A stretch of 62,447 nucleotides of DNA, filler included, from Candidatus Omnitrophota bacterium (GTDB taxonomy: Bacteria > Omnitrophota > Gorgyraeia > Zapsychrales > JBDRMG01), in NCBI GenBank assembly GCA_043812495.1. It is 8 parts of 7 records of this genome, joined end to end, with 100 filler letters (N's around TTAATTAATTAA, not from the genome) between each part and the next. Parts side by side here need not be neighbours in the genome. Positions count along the whole stretch, not along the records: positions 31,239 to 43,785 come from JBDRMG010000014.1; positions 43,886 to 46,021 come from JBDRMG010000016.1; positions 46,122 to 48,637 come from JBDRMG010000016.1; positions 48,738 to 56,387 come from JBDRMG010000018.1; 4 more parts are not named here. One strand, 5' to 3'. Every line of letters starts with the position of its first letter. The stretch's first letter is position 1. The position numbers and the translations under genes were made by a program. Shown here one piece after another: positions 43,268-53,013 of this stretch. The notes beneath the pieces were generated by a model, which was not told the origin of the DNA, did not search any database, and saw nothing but the letters and a program-made list of their open reading frames with translations.

Positions 43268-43707
43268 CTCGTTTTTTTTAAAGTCTTACGTATCGTCTCG
43301 GTTGATACTGTATCAACAACTTCTAAAGTAATCATGTTATCGGCTAACATTTTTAATGTCCAGCGATCTCGTCCTTCGGGCGCTTTGCTGCAACTCATCG
43401 CAATTAAATGTGCTTCTTTTTCTCCGTCCAGCTTCTTACGACGTGATGGCTTGTCTTGCGGCTTTCTTTCTAATGCTTTTTCTAATCCTTCTTCTACTAA
43501 ACGTCTACGGACATTAAACACTGTTTTTGCGTGGCATCGAAATATTTCTGCGATTTCTTTATCTTCTCGATTCGCTCCGTTGACATCTGCTTCTAGTAAA
43601 ATATTTGCGTGTTTAATTTTGTATGCCGCGACTTTACCTTTGCTGACTATTTCTTTTAGTTGTTTTTGCTCTGCTTTGCTGAGCCTTACGATGTATTTTT
43701 TAACCAT
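43264..43707 (-). CDS. IS630 transposase HTH part (orfA), joined to orfB by a probable -1 frameshift
   Basis: A8 run in ..LKKTS*; a -1 shift gives LKKNELKPH. Confidence 0.9.
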   Translation of the reverse strand: MVKKYIVRLSKAEQKQLKEIVSKGKVAAYKIKHANILLEADVNGANREDKEIAEIFRCHAKTVFNVRRRLVEEGLEKALERKPQDKPSRRKKLDGEKEAHLIAMSCSKAPEGRDRWTLKMLADNMITLEVVDTVSTETIRKTLKKTS

Positions 43708-43885
43708 TTCAAATTCCTCCTTTCTTCTATTATCGGAGAAATTTGAAACTTTTACATAGATAATTTCAATATTGTTCGGGTAGTANNNNNNNNNNNNNNN
43801 NNNNNNNNNNNNNNNNNNNNNNNNNNNNNTTAATTAATTAANNNNNNNNNNNNNNNNNNNNNNNNNNNNNNNNNNNNNNNNNNNN

Positions 43886-44024
43886 GACAATGTAAAGAAG
43901 CTGTCGCGTCTCTTATCATCATCGACTCTACTTGCTTGTTATCAAAGAACCCTAAAGCGGCTGAAATCCTCAAGATTAAATCACAAAGGTTTAAAGAACG
44001 GCTCAAAAATTAACAAAGTCCTGT
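43886..44024. repeat. 139-bp repeat, probable IS end; reverse complement of 62307-62445
   Basis: Identical sequence at a contig start and at the window end. Confidence 0.7.
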
Positions 44025-44073
44025 TAGGGTGAAAGATTGGTCCTAACTTATTGAAAAAGAAGAAAATAATGAA

Positions 44074-44167
44074 ATTGAGAGAATGGCCCTGATTACACAG
44101 ATTATATTCGATTGCACGGATGAAAAAATCTTTGTAATCTTTTTTTAAATCTGTGTAATCAGGTTCT
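44074..44167. repeat. GATTACACAGAT palindromic family, copy 2
   Basis: CCTGATTACACAGAT..ATCTGTGTAATCAGG. Confidence 0.7.
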
Positions 44168-44198
44168 TTCATACACCCTAAATAAGAAAGAACCGAAA

Positions 44199-44555
44199 TT
44201 ATTGTTTTTTTACGCGGGCGGCTTTGCCGACGCGATCTCTGAGGTAATAAAGCTTGGCTTGCTTGACGACGCCTTTACTGACAACTTTGAGGCTGTCGAT
44301 GACAGGTGAATGCAGAGGAAAGATGCGCTCCACCCCTTCCCCGAAAGAGATCTTTCTTACCGTAAAGGTGGCCTGAAGGCCGCTTCCGGTCCTACGGGTC
44401 ACAACGCCTTCAAAGGGATGAAGTCTGACTTTGTCGGCTTCGGCCACTTTGACCATCATTTGGACCGTATCGCCAACACTAAAATCAGGTAGGTCTTTGC
44501 GTGTGTATTTTTCCTCAAATACTTTCATTTTCTCATGAATAGCTGTCGCAACCAT
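44199..44555 (-). CDS. rplS: 50S ribosomal protein L19
   Basis: PDFSVGDTV, FEGVV, TFTVRKISFGEGVERIFP, AKLYYLR. Confidence 0.97.
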   Translation of the reverse strand: MVATAIHEKMKVFEEKYTRKDLPDFSVGDTVQMMVKVAEADKVRLHPFEGVVTRRTGSGLQATFTVRKISFGEGVERIFPLHSPVIDSLKVVSKGVVKQAKLYYLRDRVGKAARVKKQ

Positions 44556-44727
44556 TGTTATAAACCTCCGTTAATTTTTCTTATTTTTTGAGTTTAACCA
44601 GATAGGCACTCGCTTACGCTCGTGCACTATCTCCCTTCGGGCCGCCCCTTTTATTAAAGGGGCGGGGTCATATCGAAATTTGCCTATCTGGTCCCGCCCT
44701 TTGCCTTTAGGCAAAGGGCGGTCGGAA

Positions 44728-45441
44728 TTATCCGCAGGATATTTTCTTGTTAAGATGACTGAAATTCCGATATGATAAATCCGGGCGCGTCTTTTTGGTT
44801 TGAAGGACCGCTTGCTTTTTGCGCCAATCTTCAATCTTCTGATGGTTTCCAGATAATAACACATTCGGTATATGAATGCCACGAAAATTTGCGGGCCGCG
44901 TATATTGAGGATATTCCAACAGATGATTCTCGAAAGATTCGCAATGAAGCGATTCCTGGCGGCCCAGCACGCCCGGAATCAATCGTGTCACACAATCCAC
45001 TAAAACCATGGCCGGCAATTCACCGCCTGTTAGAACATAGTCTCCAATCGAAATACATTCATCCGCGAGGTGGTCAGCAACTCGGTGGTCGACACCTTCG
45101 TAATGGCCGCAAACAATGATCATATTCTTCTCTTTTGAAAGCTTCTTTGCTTTCTTCTGTGTTAAGCAAGCGCCACTCGGGGCCATAAGAATAACCTTGG
45201 CCTTGCGCCGCCCTTTGATCTTTCGAACCGCATCGAAAATCGGCTGAGGACTCATCACCATGCCCGGCCCTCCGCCAAAGGGGCGGTCATCCACTTTTTT
45301 GTGTTTATCCGTCGTGTAATCGCGCAGATCATGAACGCGAATAGCTATCTTTCTTTTTTCCTGGGCCCGCTTGACAATGGACTCCTTAAAGATGGCCGAG
45401 AAACTCTCAGGAAAAATCGTTAAGATGTCGAATTGTAGCAT
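44728..45441 (-). CDS. trmD: tRNA (guanine37-N1)-methyltransferase
   Basis: VDDRPFGGGPGMV, CGHYEGVD, SIGDYVLTGGE, LEYPQYTRP. Confidence 0.97.
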   Translation of the reverse strand: MLQFDILTIFPESFSAIFKESIVKRAQEKRKIAIRVHDLRDYTTDKHKKVDDRPFGGGPGMVMSPQPIFDAVRKIKGRRKAKVILMAPSGACLTQKKAKKLSKEKNMIIVCGHYEGVDHRVADHLADECISIGDYVLTGGELPAMVLVDCVTRLIPGVLGRQESLHCESFENHLLEYPQYTRPANFRGIHIPNVLLSGNHQKIEDWRKKQAVLQTKKTRPDLSYRNFSHLNKKISCG

Positions 45442-46021
45442 GACAAGAATTCCTTCTGAAATGTTTCAAACCGTCCTTGACTAATGGCCTCGCGGATTTG
45501 ATGCATGAGTTTTAAATAAAAATAGACGTTGTGATAAGACGCGTAATAACATCCGACAATTTCGTGCGTGCTGAAGAGATGACGGATATAACTGCGCGTA
45601 TAGGTCCGGCAGACAAAACAATCGCAGTGCTCATCCAAAGGCTTTTGGTCATTGGCAAACTCACCGTTACGAACCACCATCTTCCCTTTTTTGGTAAAGA
45701 CTGTTCCATAACGGCCGTAACGGGTGGGAACGCAGGTATCAAACATATCCACGCCTTCGGCCACGGCGCGCACAATTTGATCCGGCATGCCGATCCCCAT
45801 GAGATACCGCGGTTGTTCTTTGGGTAAAAACGGTTCACAGTAAGATAGCGCTTCGAACATCACATCCACGGGTTCGCCCACGCTAATACCCCCCACGGCA
45901 AACCCATCAAAACCGATGGCCCTCAATTCTTCGGCCGAGCGCTCCCGCAAGTCCTTAAACGAAGAACCTTGCACAATACCAAATAAGAGCTGACCTTTTT
46001 CTTTGGGACTATGCCGGAGGT
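45420..46021 (-). CDS. tgt: Queuine tRNA-ribosyltransferase, 5'-partial
   Basis: QGS, GFAVGGISVGE, PRYLMGIG, DMFDTCVPTR, CDCFVC zinc site. Confidence 0.95.
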
Positions 46022-46121
46022 NNNNNNNNNNNNNNNNNNNNNNNNNNNNNNNNNNNNNNNNNNNNTTAATTAATTAANNNNNNNNNNNNNNNNNNNNNNN
46101 NNNNNNNNNNNNNNNNNNNNN

Positions 46122-46777
46122 AGGGTCCCGACAGCTTCTCTCCATTGCTCCGTATCGATATAGGCGTTGGATAAAAGCCCAAGGACTTTAAAATCAGTCA
46201 TTGAATTGGGATGCTCAGCGGAGAGCTTGCTATAGTGCGTAATGGCTTGCGCATAAGCTTGGGCGGCTTCGCGCTTTTGATCATGTCCGTTGTAATATTT
46301 GGCGATATAAAGCGGAATCGTAAGACCTCCGTCCGTTAAAGGAAATTTTTGGACGATGATGTCATAAACGATTTTGGCTTGGTCCCAATTGCCCTGAAGC
46401 TCGTATGTTTTCCCGACTAAAAGCATGGCTTGCGAACAAATTCCCTTGTCTTCAGGATAAGTTGCGCATGTTGTATCAAATATCTCCCGGGCCTTTTCAT
46501 AGTCTTTCTTTGTGGCATAGGTTTTACCTAATAAAATATAAGCGCTTTTGGCTAAATTAGATTTCGAAAATCGGTCAATCACTTTTTGATAAGAAGCGGC
46601 TATCTCTTCGTAGGTTTTATCCGGAACAGCTTCAGGGCTTCTTACGGCCCGGTCAAGCTTTTGATTGGTCTGCCAAATAATCTTCTCGGCATTATAATCA
46701 CCGCGGTAATCCAAGATAGATAAAACCAGAAATACGCCACCTAGAATGACAGCGAATATGAGTAATGTCTTTTTCAT
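46122..46777 (-). CDS. Membrane-anchored TPR protein, 3'-partial
   Basis: N-terminal TM, TPR pattern (LLGKTY..KDYEKAREIF..YP). Confidence 0.8.
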
Positions 46778-47649
46778 TTCTTTTCCTTTGCCATTAAGTA
46801 ATAGGTTGTTGTTGCCGTTAAGACAAGCGCCTCTATTAATAATTTCGCAAAAACACTCAGTGCTATGATCAAGCCTGCCAGGCCGGGCATGGTGAGTGAT
46901 AAAGCGCTGGTGCCGATGATACTTCGAAGCATCAGAACAGGAACATAAATAAGACCGGGAATAAGAACAATTCCCAGCATGAAAAAGAACGATCGACTCA
47001 AAATTTTAAAGTTTTCCGTAAAGGCCCTGTGGATTTTTAATTTATCGATGACAATGGCGGGGATAACAAAAATATACAAGGTCGTTACGATGACATCGAT
47101 GAGTAAATTAAAATAAGGCCGGCCGTAGACAACAATGCTTCTCATGATGAAGAAAACTCCGGTTTCGGATTTTATGCGCAGCGCTCTTTCAAAAATCAAT
47201 TCGTACCCCTTCAAGAGAGGAAAAATAGTCAAAAAAGTCAAAATAGCCGCGATGACAATGTGAATATAAGATGAACGGGTTTTACGAAAGGCTGAACGCA
47301 GAGAAATGGTCTTTTCGTTCCTGATAGACGCGATCATGGAAACAGTCATGGCGCTTAAATAAGCAGTAATCAGGAAATAAAGCGGAATTTGGGCATAAAA
47401 GAATAATTTCGGAACGAGCTGGAAGTTAAAAGGATAGTGTAAGTAAGCCTCATTGTACAATCTTCGGATGATGGGGCCAAAAAACAAGCTGAGAGGCCAT
47501 CGCGGGGCAAAGTAAAGGATTTCAAGTATAAGCAGCTGAATAAAGACCGAGATACATAGAGGATACAAAATAAGAGGATGGCGCATAATCGTGGCGACAG
47601 CGTTCTGTATAAATAAAAATAGGCTTTTATCCGCTGAAGATTTTTTCAT
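46774..47649 (-). CDS. Multi-pass membrane protein
   Basis: AAGGAG SD before MKKSSADK; about 6 TM segments. Confidence 0.75.
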   Translation of the reverse strand: MKKSSADKSLFLFIQNAVATIMRHPLILYPLCISVFIQLLILEILYFAPRWPLSLFFGPIIRRLYNEAYLHYPFNFQLVPKLFFYAQIPLYFLITAYLSAMTVSMIASIRNEKTISLRSAFRKTRSSYIHIVIAAILTFLTIFPLLKGYELIFERALRIKSETGVFFIMRSIVVYGRPYFNLLIDVIVTTLYIFVIPAIVIDKLKIHRAFTENFKILSRSFFFMLGIVLIPGLIYVPVLMLRSIIGTSALSLTMPGLAGLIIALSVFAKLLIEALVLTATTTYYLMAKEKK

Positions 47650-47659
47650 TATTGCTCCT

Positions 47660-47768
47660 TTAATGGTCTTTTCCTTATTAATGGAACAGTCAATAATATT
47701 CTCTCTATACGAGAAAGAAGACCTAATATTGACTTCCACCGTTTCTTTAATAAAGAGAAAGTCAATAA
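47660..47768. repeat. ~109-bp element, copy 2
   Basis: Near-identical to 159-267. Confidence 0.9.
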
Positions 47769-47972
47769 TGAGTCCCGCCTCTTGCATTCTGCAAGAATGC
47801 GGCGGGGAGAATTAACCCCCACACCAATTTCCTGATAGTGCTGAGTTATGTTGAACCATTTTTACTTTTTATGACCAAAATACTGCTTTCTCCCTTAACC
47901 AATAATTGGTGCGGGGGGTCAAATTCCGTCAAACGACTTAGCTCGCTGTGTCTCGCTAAGTCGTGACGTCAT
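47768..47972. repeat. Back-to-back AATTC..TCAT hairpin elements
   Basis: Reverse copy 47768-47815, central CCCCCACACCAAT..ATTGGTGCGGGGG arm, forward copy 47922-47972. Confidence 0.65.
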
Positions 47973-48217
47973 TTGAGCTAGAACCTGTTAATATTATTGA
48001 AGTTACAAACTTAAGCCATAATAGCATACGCTAAAAATCGTGTCAAATAAAAATGTATTTATTATGCCTTAAAAACAACAATGGCAGGTTGATAAACAAC
48101 CTGCCACATTTAATGCATACGTTTCGGGCTTCATTCGCGCAGACTCACCCATAGCTTAACACAAAAAGAACCGCTTATTTATTGTAATTCAGCGAGCTCG
48201 ATAGCCTATTGTAAGAC

Positions 48218-48472
48218 TTAGTTCTTTTTGCGCTTATAAATTGCCATCGCTGCCAAGCCGCTGCCCAACAATAACATTGTCGCAGGCTCAGGATTGTGTA
48301 TAGTTGCAATGCTGCCCCCGCCTGTTGCAACACTTCCGCTCCCAACAACACCGGCAAGGCTGTCTCCAAAAATTCCGGCAGAACTACCGCCAGGGCCACA
48401 TCCGTATATAAACGGAAGCGAGCCAGCCAGTATGGCAAAATTAAGCACACGCGCGATCGTTTTATTCATCAT
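48218..48472 (-). CDS. Tiny PEP-CTERM protein with N-terminal lipoprotein-type signal
   Basis: FIYGC lipobox; NPEPATMLLLGSGLAAMAIYKRKKN sorting signal. Confidence 0.82.
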   Translation of the reverse strand: MMNKTIARVLNFAILAGSLPFIYGCGPGGSSAGIFGDSLAGVVGSGSVATGGGSIATIHNPEPATMLLLGSGLAAMAIYKRKKN

Positions 48473-48541
48473 TCTCTTCCCTTATTATAAGCCCAAACTA
48501 TAATTTCATACCGTGGCCGGATTGTCTATATAAAAAGAGAA

Positions 48542-48637
48542 TTAACCTCTTTTTCTTTTTAAGCCAACCAAACCGATTAAACCGCTTCCCAAAAGAACCA
48601 TAGTCAGAGGTTCCGGGATCGGTCTTACGCGATCAAC
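48542..48637 (-). CDS. C-terminus of a second PEP-CTERM protein (partial; not in ORF track)
   Basis: VDRVRPIPEPLTMVLLGSGLIGLVGLKRKRG*. Confidence 0.85.
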   Translation of the reverse strand, partial: VDRVRPIPEPLTMVLLGSGLIGLVGLKRKRG

Positions 48638-48796
48638 NNNNNNNNNNNNNNNNNNNNNNNNNNNNNNNNNNNNNNNNNNNNTTAATTAATTAANNNNNNN
48701 NNNNNNNNNNNNNNNNNNNNNNNNNNNNNNNNNNNNNTTAGATTGCAATCCACCAAATTATGCTGTTTTTCTCACACAAATTATCAATCCAACGTG

Positions 48797-49000
48797 AGCC
48801 TCTAGGGGACGTTGACAGCCTCTAGCAGCCTCTAGGGGACGTAAGCCTCTAGGGGACGTTGATTAACAGCCTCTAGGGGACGTTGATTAATTCATGACTT
48901 CACTAAGTTTTTCTTTATCCTTACTTTAATACTTTAATCAACGTCCCCTAAGTTTCTAAGTTTTCTTCCCCTAAGTTTTCCTAAGTTTTTCCCCTAAGTT
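48797..49000. repeat. GCCTCTAGGGGACGTTGA repeats with an inverted copy and CTAAGTTTT units
   Basis: Four direct copies, inverted TCAACGTCCCCTA near 48938. Confidence 0.75.
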
Positions 49001-49250
49001 TTCTAAATTTTAAACGCTTCATCAGTTTTGTCTCGGAAGTGTGCTTGCCCTCGCTATGCCGTAAATACTCATCGAGGATTTTGCCGACTGTCCAGTTGGT
49101 CAGTATCTTCTGATAACGGACAAACTGATGAACGCGTAAGGTGCCTTGATTGATTTTTGATCTGATTAATGTAAGGAATTTTTGGTAAGAGACAGGATTA
49201 TTTTGTGTTCTATTCTCTGCCTGAGCTTTATTGATCGGAAAGCTGTTCAT
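48981..49250 (-). pseudogene. DUF1016/YhcG N-terminal-like fragment
   Basis: YQKFLTLIRSKI..LTNWTVGKILDE; ends inside the repeat tract. Confidence 0.4.
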
Positions 49251-49389
49251 TTATTTAATTATATCATCAACCAAACAAGCAGAATACAGAGAACTTGAGA
49301 ATCTGCTGCGATGGAGTCGGCGCATGCACTGTCTCAAAGCCAACACATCCCTTGAATTGAATACTTTTAAAGAGTACAATTATTTATAA

Positions 49390-49498
49390 TTATTGACTTT
49401 CTCTTTATTAAAGGAACGGTGGAAGTCAATATTAGGTCTTCTTTCTCGTATAGAGAGAATATTATTGACTGTTCCATTAATAAGGAAAAGACCAATAA
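49390..49498. repeat. ~109-bp element, copy 3 (reverse orientation)
   Basis: Abuts ATG 49500. Confidence 0.9.
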
Positions 49499-49499
49499 A

Positions 49500-50267
49500 A
49501 TGACAAAATTATTCCAAAAAACTTTTATCATTTTCTCTGCGGTATTATCCGCAACATCTGTAATCACTTCCTTGGCTTTCGGACAAAATTCTTTGATTGC
49601 GACCGTGCAGAGATCTCTTCCTTCGATAGTTCAGGTGGAATCTCAAATCACAGGCGCCTATCAATCCAAAGGATCCTCGGCCGCTATTCATAAAGAATCC
49701 GGCCGGTTGATTGTTTTAAGAAACGTTAAAACCGCCCAGTACCATCGAGATGGCGCCGGCGTTATCATCGACCCTCGGGGATTGATCGTCACCAATCATC
49801 ATATCGTCAGCGAAGCCAATAAGATTGCCATTATCCTGAATGACAAGCAGGTCGTCTCCGGTCAGGTGGTTTGGAGCGTGCCTGAAAAAGATGTAGCGAT
49901 CGTACGCATCGATCCGCCCTATCCTTTGCGCGCCATTGCCTTTGCCGATTCGCAAGGCTTGCGCCTGAAAGATGAAGTGGTCACGGTGGGCAATTCCCCT
50001 GTTTTAAAACAAACTATTTCCGGCGGAAAAGTCATTGGCCTGGGGACCAACGCGTCTTCAAACAGCCGCGGGCAAAGAACCAATGATATGCTTCAATTGG
50101 ATATTAATTTGTATAAAGGCGACAGCGGCGGGCCTGTTTTAAACCGCGAAGGGCAATTGGTCGGTCTGATGGTCGCGGGTCAAGTCAAAAAGGACCGCTC
50201 CAGCTTTGCGATTCCGTCCAATACAATTCGAATGGAATATATAAAGTATTTAGAAACCCTGAAGTGA
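49500..50267 (+). CDS. Secreted trypsin-like (HtrA-type, no PDZ) serine protease
   Basis: Signal peptide; IVTNHH, KDVAIV, GDSGGPV catalytic triad. Confidence 0.9.
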   Translation: MTKLFQKTFIIFSAVLSATSVITSLAFGQNSLIATVQRSLPSIVQVESQITGAYQSKGSSAAIHKESGRLIVLRNVKTAQYHRDGAGVIIDPRGLIVTNHHIVSEANKIAIILNDKQVVSGQVVWSVPEKDVAIVRIDPPYPLRAIAFADSQGLRLKDEVVTVGNSPVLKQTISGGKVIGLGTNASSNSRGQRTNDMLQLDINLYKGDSGGPVLNREGQLVGLMVAGQVKKDRSSFAIPSNTIRMEYIKYLETLK

Positions 50268-50276
50268 TTTTTTATT

Positions 50277-52805
50277 ATGCGCAATAAACGTATTCGATCG
50301 TCCATCCTTTTCGTCCTCAGCGCCCTGATCATTCTCGGCTGCGGATTGTATTTTCGCTTCTATCCTTTAACCCATTATATCGATTCAGATTCCTACGAAA
50401 AAGGAACGCTCTTGGTCGTTTCGCGTTTAAGAACGCGGGCCGCCCAGCAGGTCGCTGAAGCGTTTCCCCGTCTGAGCGGACCTGAAAAAGACCGACTCGC
50501 CAAAGAGCAGTTTGACCGCATTATGCGTGAGGAAAACGAGAATGTCCGTAAAACCATCGATGTGGCCTCCCGGAATGTCAGCCGCACAAGAGCCTCAAAA
50601 CCTCCCTTCTATCTTCTTGGCTCTGATTCGTATAATTATTATGGGCTGACGAAGAGAATCGTCCAAAAGGGAGCCATCAGCGACACCTTCAAGGGTAGTA
50701 AATTTTATAATGAACTGATGGTCGCCCCCTTAGGGCACATGGAACCCCTCAATCTTCATCCCTTCGCGGGCTATTTACTTTATCGTATCCTAGAGAAGCT
50801 TGATCCAACGATTCCTCTGATGACAGCGGTAAGTTTAACGCCTGTGATTCTCGCAGCCCTGGCCTTGCTGGCCTTCTTGATTGTGTGCTCCATCCTCGAT
50901 TACCCCAAGTGGTCCGCGCTGATCGGGTCATTTCTTTTCTTTTGTTCTCCGACATTTTTAAAAAGAAGCGCCTTTGGCTGGTACGATAACGACCCTTATA
51001 ATGTTTTGTTCCCTTTGGTGATCCTCGGGTTGATATTGGCAGGTTTAAGAAAAATTCACGACGTCAAACAAAGCGTTTTGCTGGCTATTCTCTGCGGCCT
51101 GAGCATGACCCTCTATGCTTATTTCTGGCACGGATGGGTCTTTCTCTTTGGGCTTTTATTGACTGCGGGATTTTTCATTATTCTCTATCATTCACTTTTT
51201 ATCAAGGAACCCGCGATTGGCAGGCATCTTTTCCTTTATTTTCTGGCTTTTTCTTTTACGACGATTCTGGGAATTACCTTTTGTTTTGGGCTCAATGAAT
51301 TTTTTGTTCTTTTTCAGGAAGGCTTTAAGGCCCTGAAGAATTTCACCAATCAGGAACTTTCGTTATGGCCTAATTTGTACATTGCGGTCGGAGAATTGAG
51401 GCGCCTGCCGTTGGATGAAATTCTCGCACTCAACGGCCAGAAACTGTTTTTTGTTTTTTCTTTGCTTGGATTTGTTGTAGCCGGCTTTAAGGCATTCCGA
51501 TCGCCAAATCCCAACAGGTTTTCAACTATTATTCTCGGTGTACTCATCACGTCTTGTTTTTATCTGACCCTAAACGCCCAGCGATTTGCCTTGCTGCTTC
51601 TTGTTCCTTTAAGCTTATTTTTTATTGAGGGTCTTCGCGCCTTTGTTGCATTCTTCAAAAACCTGATCGTTCAACGCTTTGCTTCGCACGCTTGGCCACG
51701 CATCACTTTTTTGATTATGGGTATTGGCCTTCTTGGCGTAATGGCAACCACTTGCTTGCGCAGCGCTCAAGTCACCATGGTTGGATGGCGGGCTATCTAT
51801 CATGACACATGGGATCGAGCCTTAGAGTTTCTCAAGAACAATACACCCAAAGAAAGCATTATTACGTCGTGGTGGCCACCGGGCCATTTTATTACATCGA
51901 TGAGCGAACGCCGGGTGACGTTTGACGGGGCCACCCTTAATCAACCTCAAGCCTACTGGGTCGCTTATTTGTTGATCACCGATAATGAAAAAGAAGCCGC
52001 GGGAATCTTGCGTATGCTTAATACAAGCGCGAATGGGGCGGTTGAATATCTCCAGGTGCAAGGATGGCCTCTTGCGGCAAGCGTGGATCTTTTAAGAAAG
52101 ATTGTTGTGCAAAATATACCTGAGGCCGGCGAAACACTAAAGAACGCATCTTTCTCGGGCAATCAAATTAAGGAAATTCTCAAGCTGACGCATGGTCAAC
52201 CGCCGCCATCTTACATTTTTTTGTATAATGAGTTAATCGAGAAGAATATTGAATTGAGTTTTGTGGGCCGATGGAATTTTCAAAAAATCGAAGACATTAA
52301 CAAAAATAAGCAAAAGCTCGCGAAAGTTGCGCGGGAACCGAAATATTACGTCAAATATATATGGGATTTGATCGGAGGTCCTCCGCGCTACAGCACCCTT
52401 GCCCAGCTTTCGCGCGAAGGGCAAAAAGTCATCTTTGAACAAGGCGTGATGGTGGACATTAAGGACCTGACTTGTCGCATTGCCTCAGCCAAATATGGCC
52501 AGGGAACTCCGCGCAGCCTTTTTACTATTCAGAATAATCGAGTCATTGAGAAAGTATTTCCTGCGGCCAATCTATCCTATTCGGCTCTTCTTCTCAGCGA
52601 CGAGCATGTCTCTAGCTGCGTGCTGCTCGATACCTACCTCGCGCAATCGATCTTCGCGCGTCTTTTCTTCTTTGACGCTAAGGGTCTTAAATATTTTACA
52701 CCTTTTTACGCCAAAAGAAATCTCACCGGCCGGACGCATATCAAGATTTTTAAGGTCGATTGGGATCGATTCTTTAGCGACCTGAACTCTTCGCCTCATC
52801 CATAG
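50277..52805 (+). CDS. STT3/PglB/AglB-like oligosaccharyltransferase
   Basis: GSDSYNY, GWYDND, VGE, many TMs, FLKNNTP..SWWPPGH..RRVTFDG. Confidence 0.82.
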   Translation: MRNKRIRSSILFVLSALIILGCGLYFRFYPLTHYIDSDSYEKGTLLVVSRLRTRAAQQVAEAFPRLSGPEKDRLAKEQFDRIMREENENVRKTIDVASRNVSRTRASKPPFYLLGSDSYNYYGLTKRIVQKGAISDTFKGSKFYNELMVAPLGHMEPLNLHPFAGYLLYRILEKLDPTIPLMTAVSLTPVILAALALLAFLIVCSILDYPKWSALIGSFLFFCSPTFLKRSAFGWYDNDPYNVLFPLVILGLILAGLRKIHDVKQSVLLAILCGLSMTLYAYFWHGWVFLFGLLLTAGFFIILYHSLFIKEPAIGRHLFLYFLAFSFTTILGITFCFGLNEFFVLFQEGFKALKNFTNQELSLWPNLYIAVGELRRLPLDEILALNGQKLFFVFSLLGFVVAGFKAFRSPNPNRFSTIILGVLITSCFYLTLNAQRFALLLLVPLSLFFIEGLRAFVAFFKNLIVQRFASHAWPRITFLIMGIGLLGVMATTCLRSAQVTMVGWRAIYHDTWDRALEFLKNNTPKESIITSWWPPGHFITSMSERRVTFDGATLNQPQAYWVAYLLITDNEKEAAGILRMLNTSANGAVEYLQVQGWPLAASVDLLRKIVVQNIPEAGETLKNASFSGNQIKEILKLTHGQPPPSYIFLYNELIEKNIELSFVGRWNFQKIEDINKNKQKLAKVAREPKYYVKYIWDLIGGPPRYSTLAQLSREGQKVIFEQGVMVDIKDLTCRIASAKYGQGTPRSLFTIQNNRVIEKVFPAANLSYSALLLSDEHVSSCVLLDTYLAQSIFARLFFFDAKGLKYFTPFYAKRNLTGRTHIKIFKVDWDRFFSDLNSSPHP

Positions 52806-52838
52806 ATTTTGGTTCATTCTTATTGAGGGTACATCAAT

Positions 52839-52996
52839 GAACCTGATTCCACAGATTTTAAAAAAGATTGCACAGATGTTTTTTATCTGTGTAATCGAAT
52901 ATAATCTGTGAAATCAGGGCCATTCTTCAAATTTCTTTGTTTTCTTCCCTTTCAATAAGTTATGATAAATCTATTATCCTAATTGAGAATGGCCCT
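52839..52996. repeat. GATTACACAGAT palindromic family, copy 3
   Basis: CCTGATTCCACAGAT..ATCTGTGAAATCAGGGCCATTC..GAATGGCCCT. Confidence 0.7.
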
Positions 52997-53013
52997 AAAT
53001 TTTCATCAACAAT

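Larger units (their letters stand above)
42565..43785 (-). mobile_element. IS630-family insertion sequence
   Basis: TIRs TACTACCCTAACAACATTGAA / TTCAATATTGTTCGGGTAGTA (19/21 match, TA ends). Confidence 0.92.

Noticed and set aside
42785..43759. 324-aa + strand ORF
   Set aside because: Antisense shadow of the IS630 transposase
48797..48892. Possible mini-CRISPR (GCCTCTAGGGGACGTTGA repeats)
   Set aside because: Repeats are about 18 bp with 2-12 bp irregular spacers
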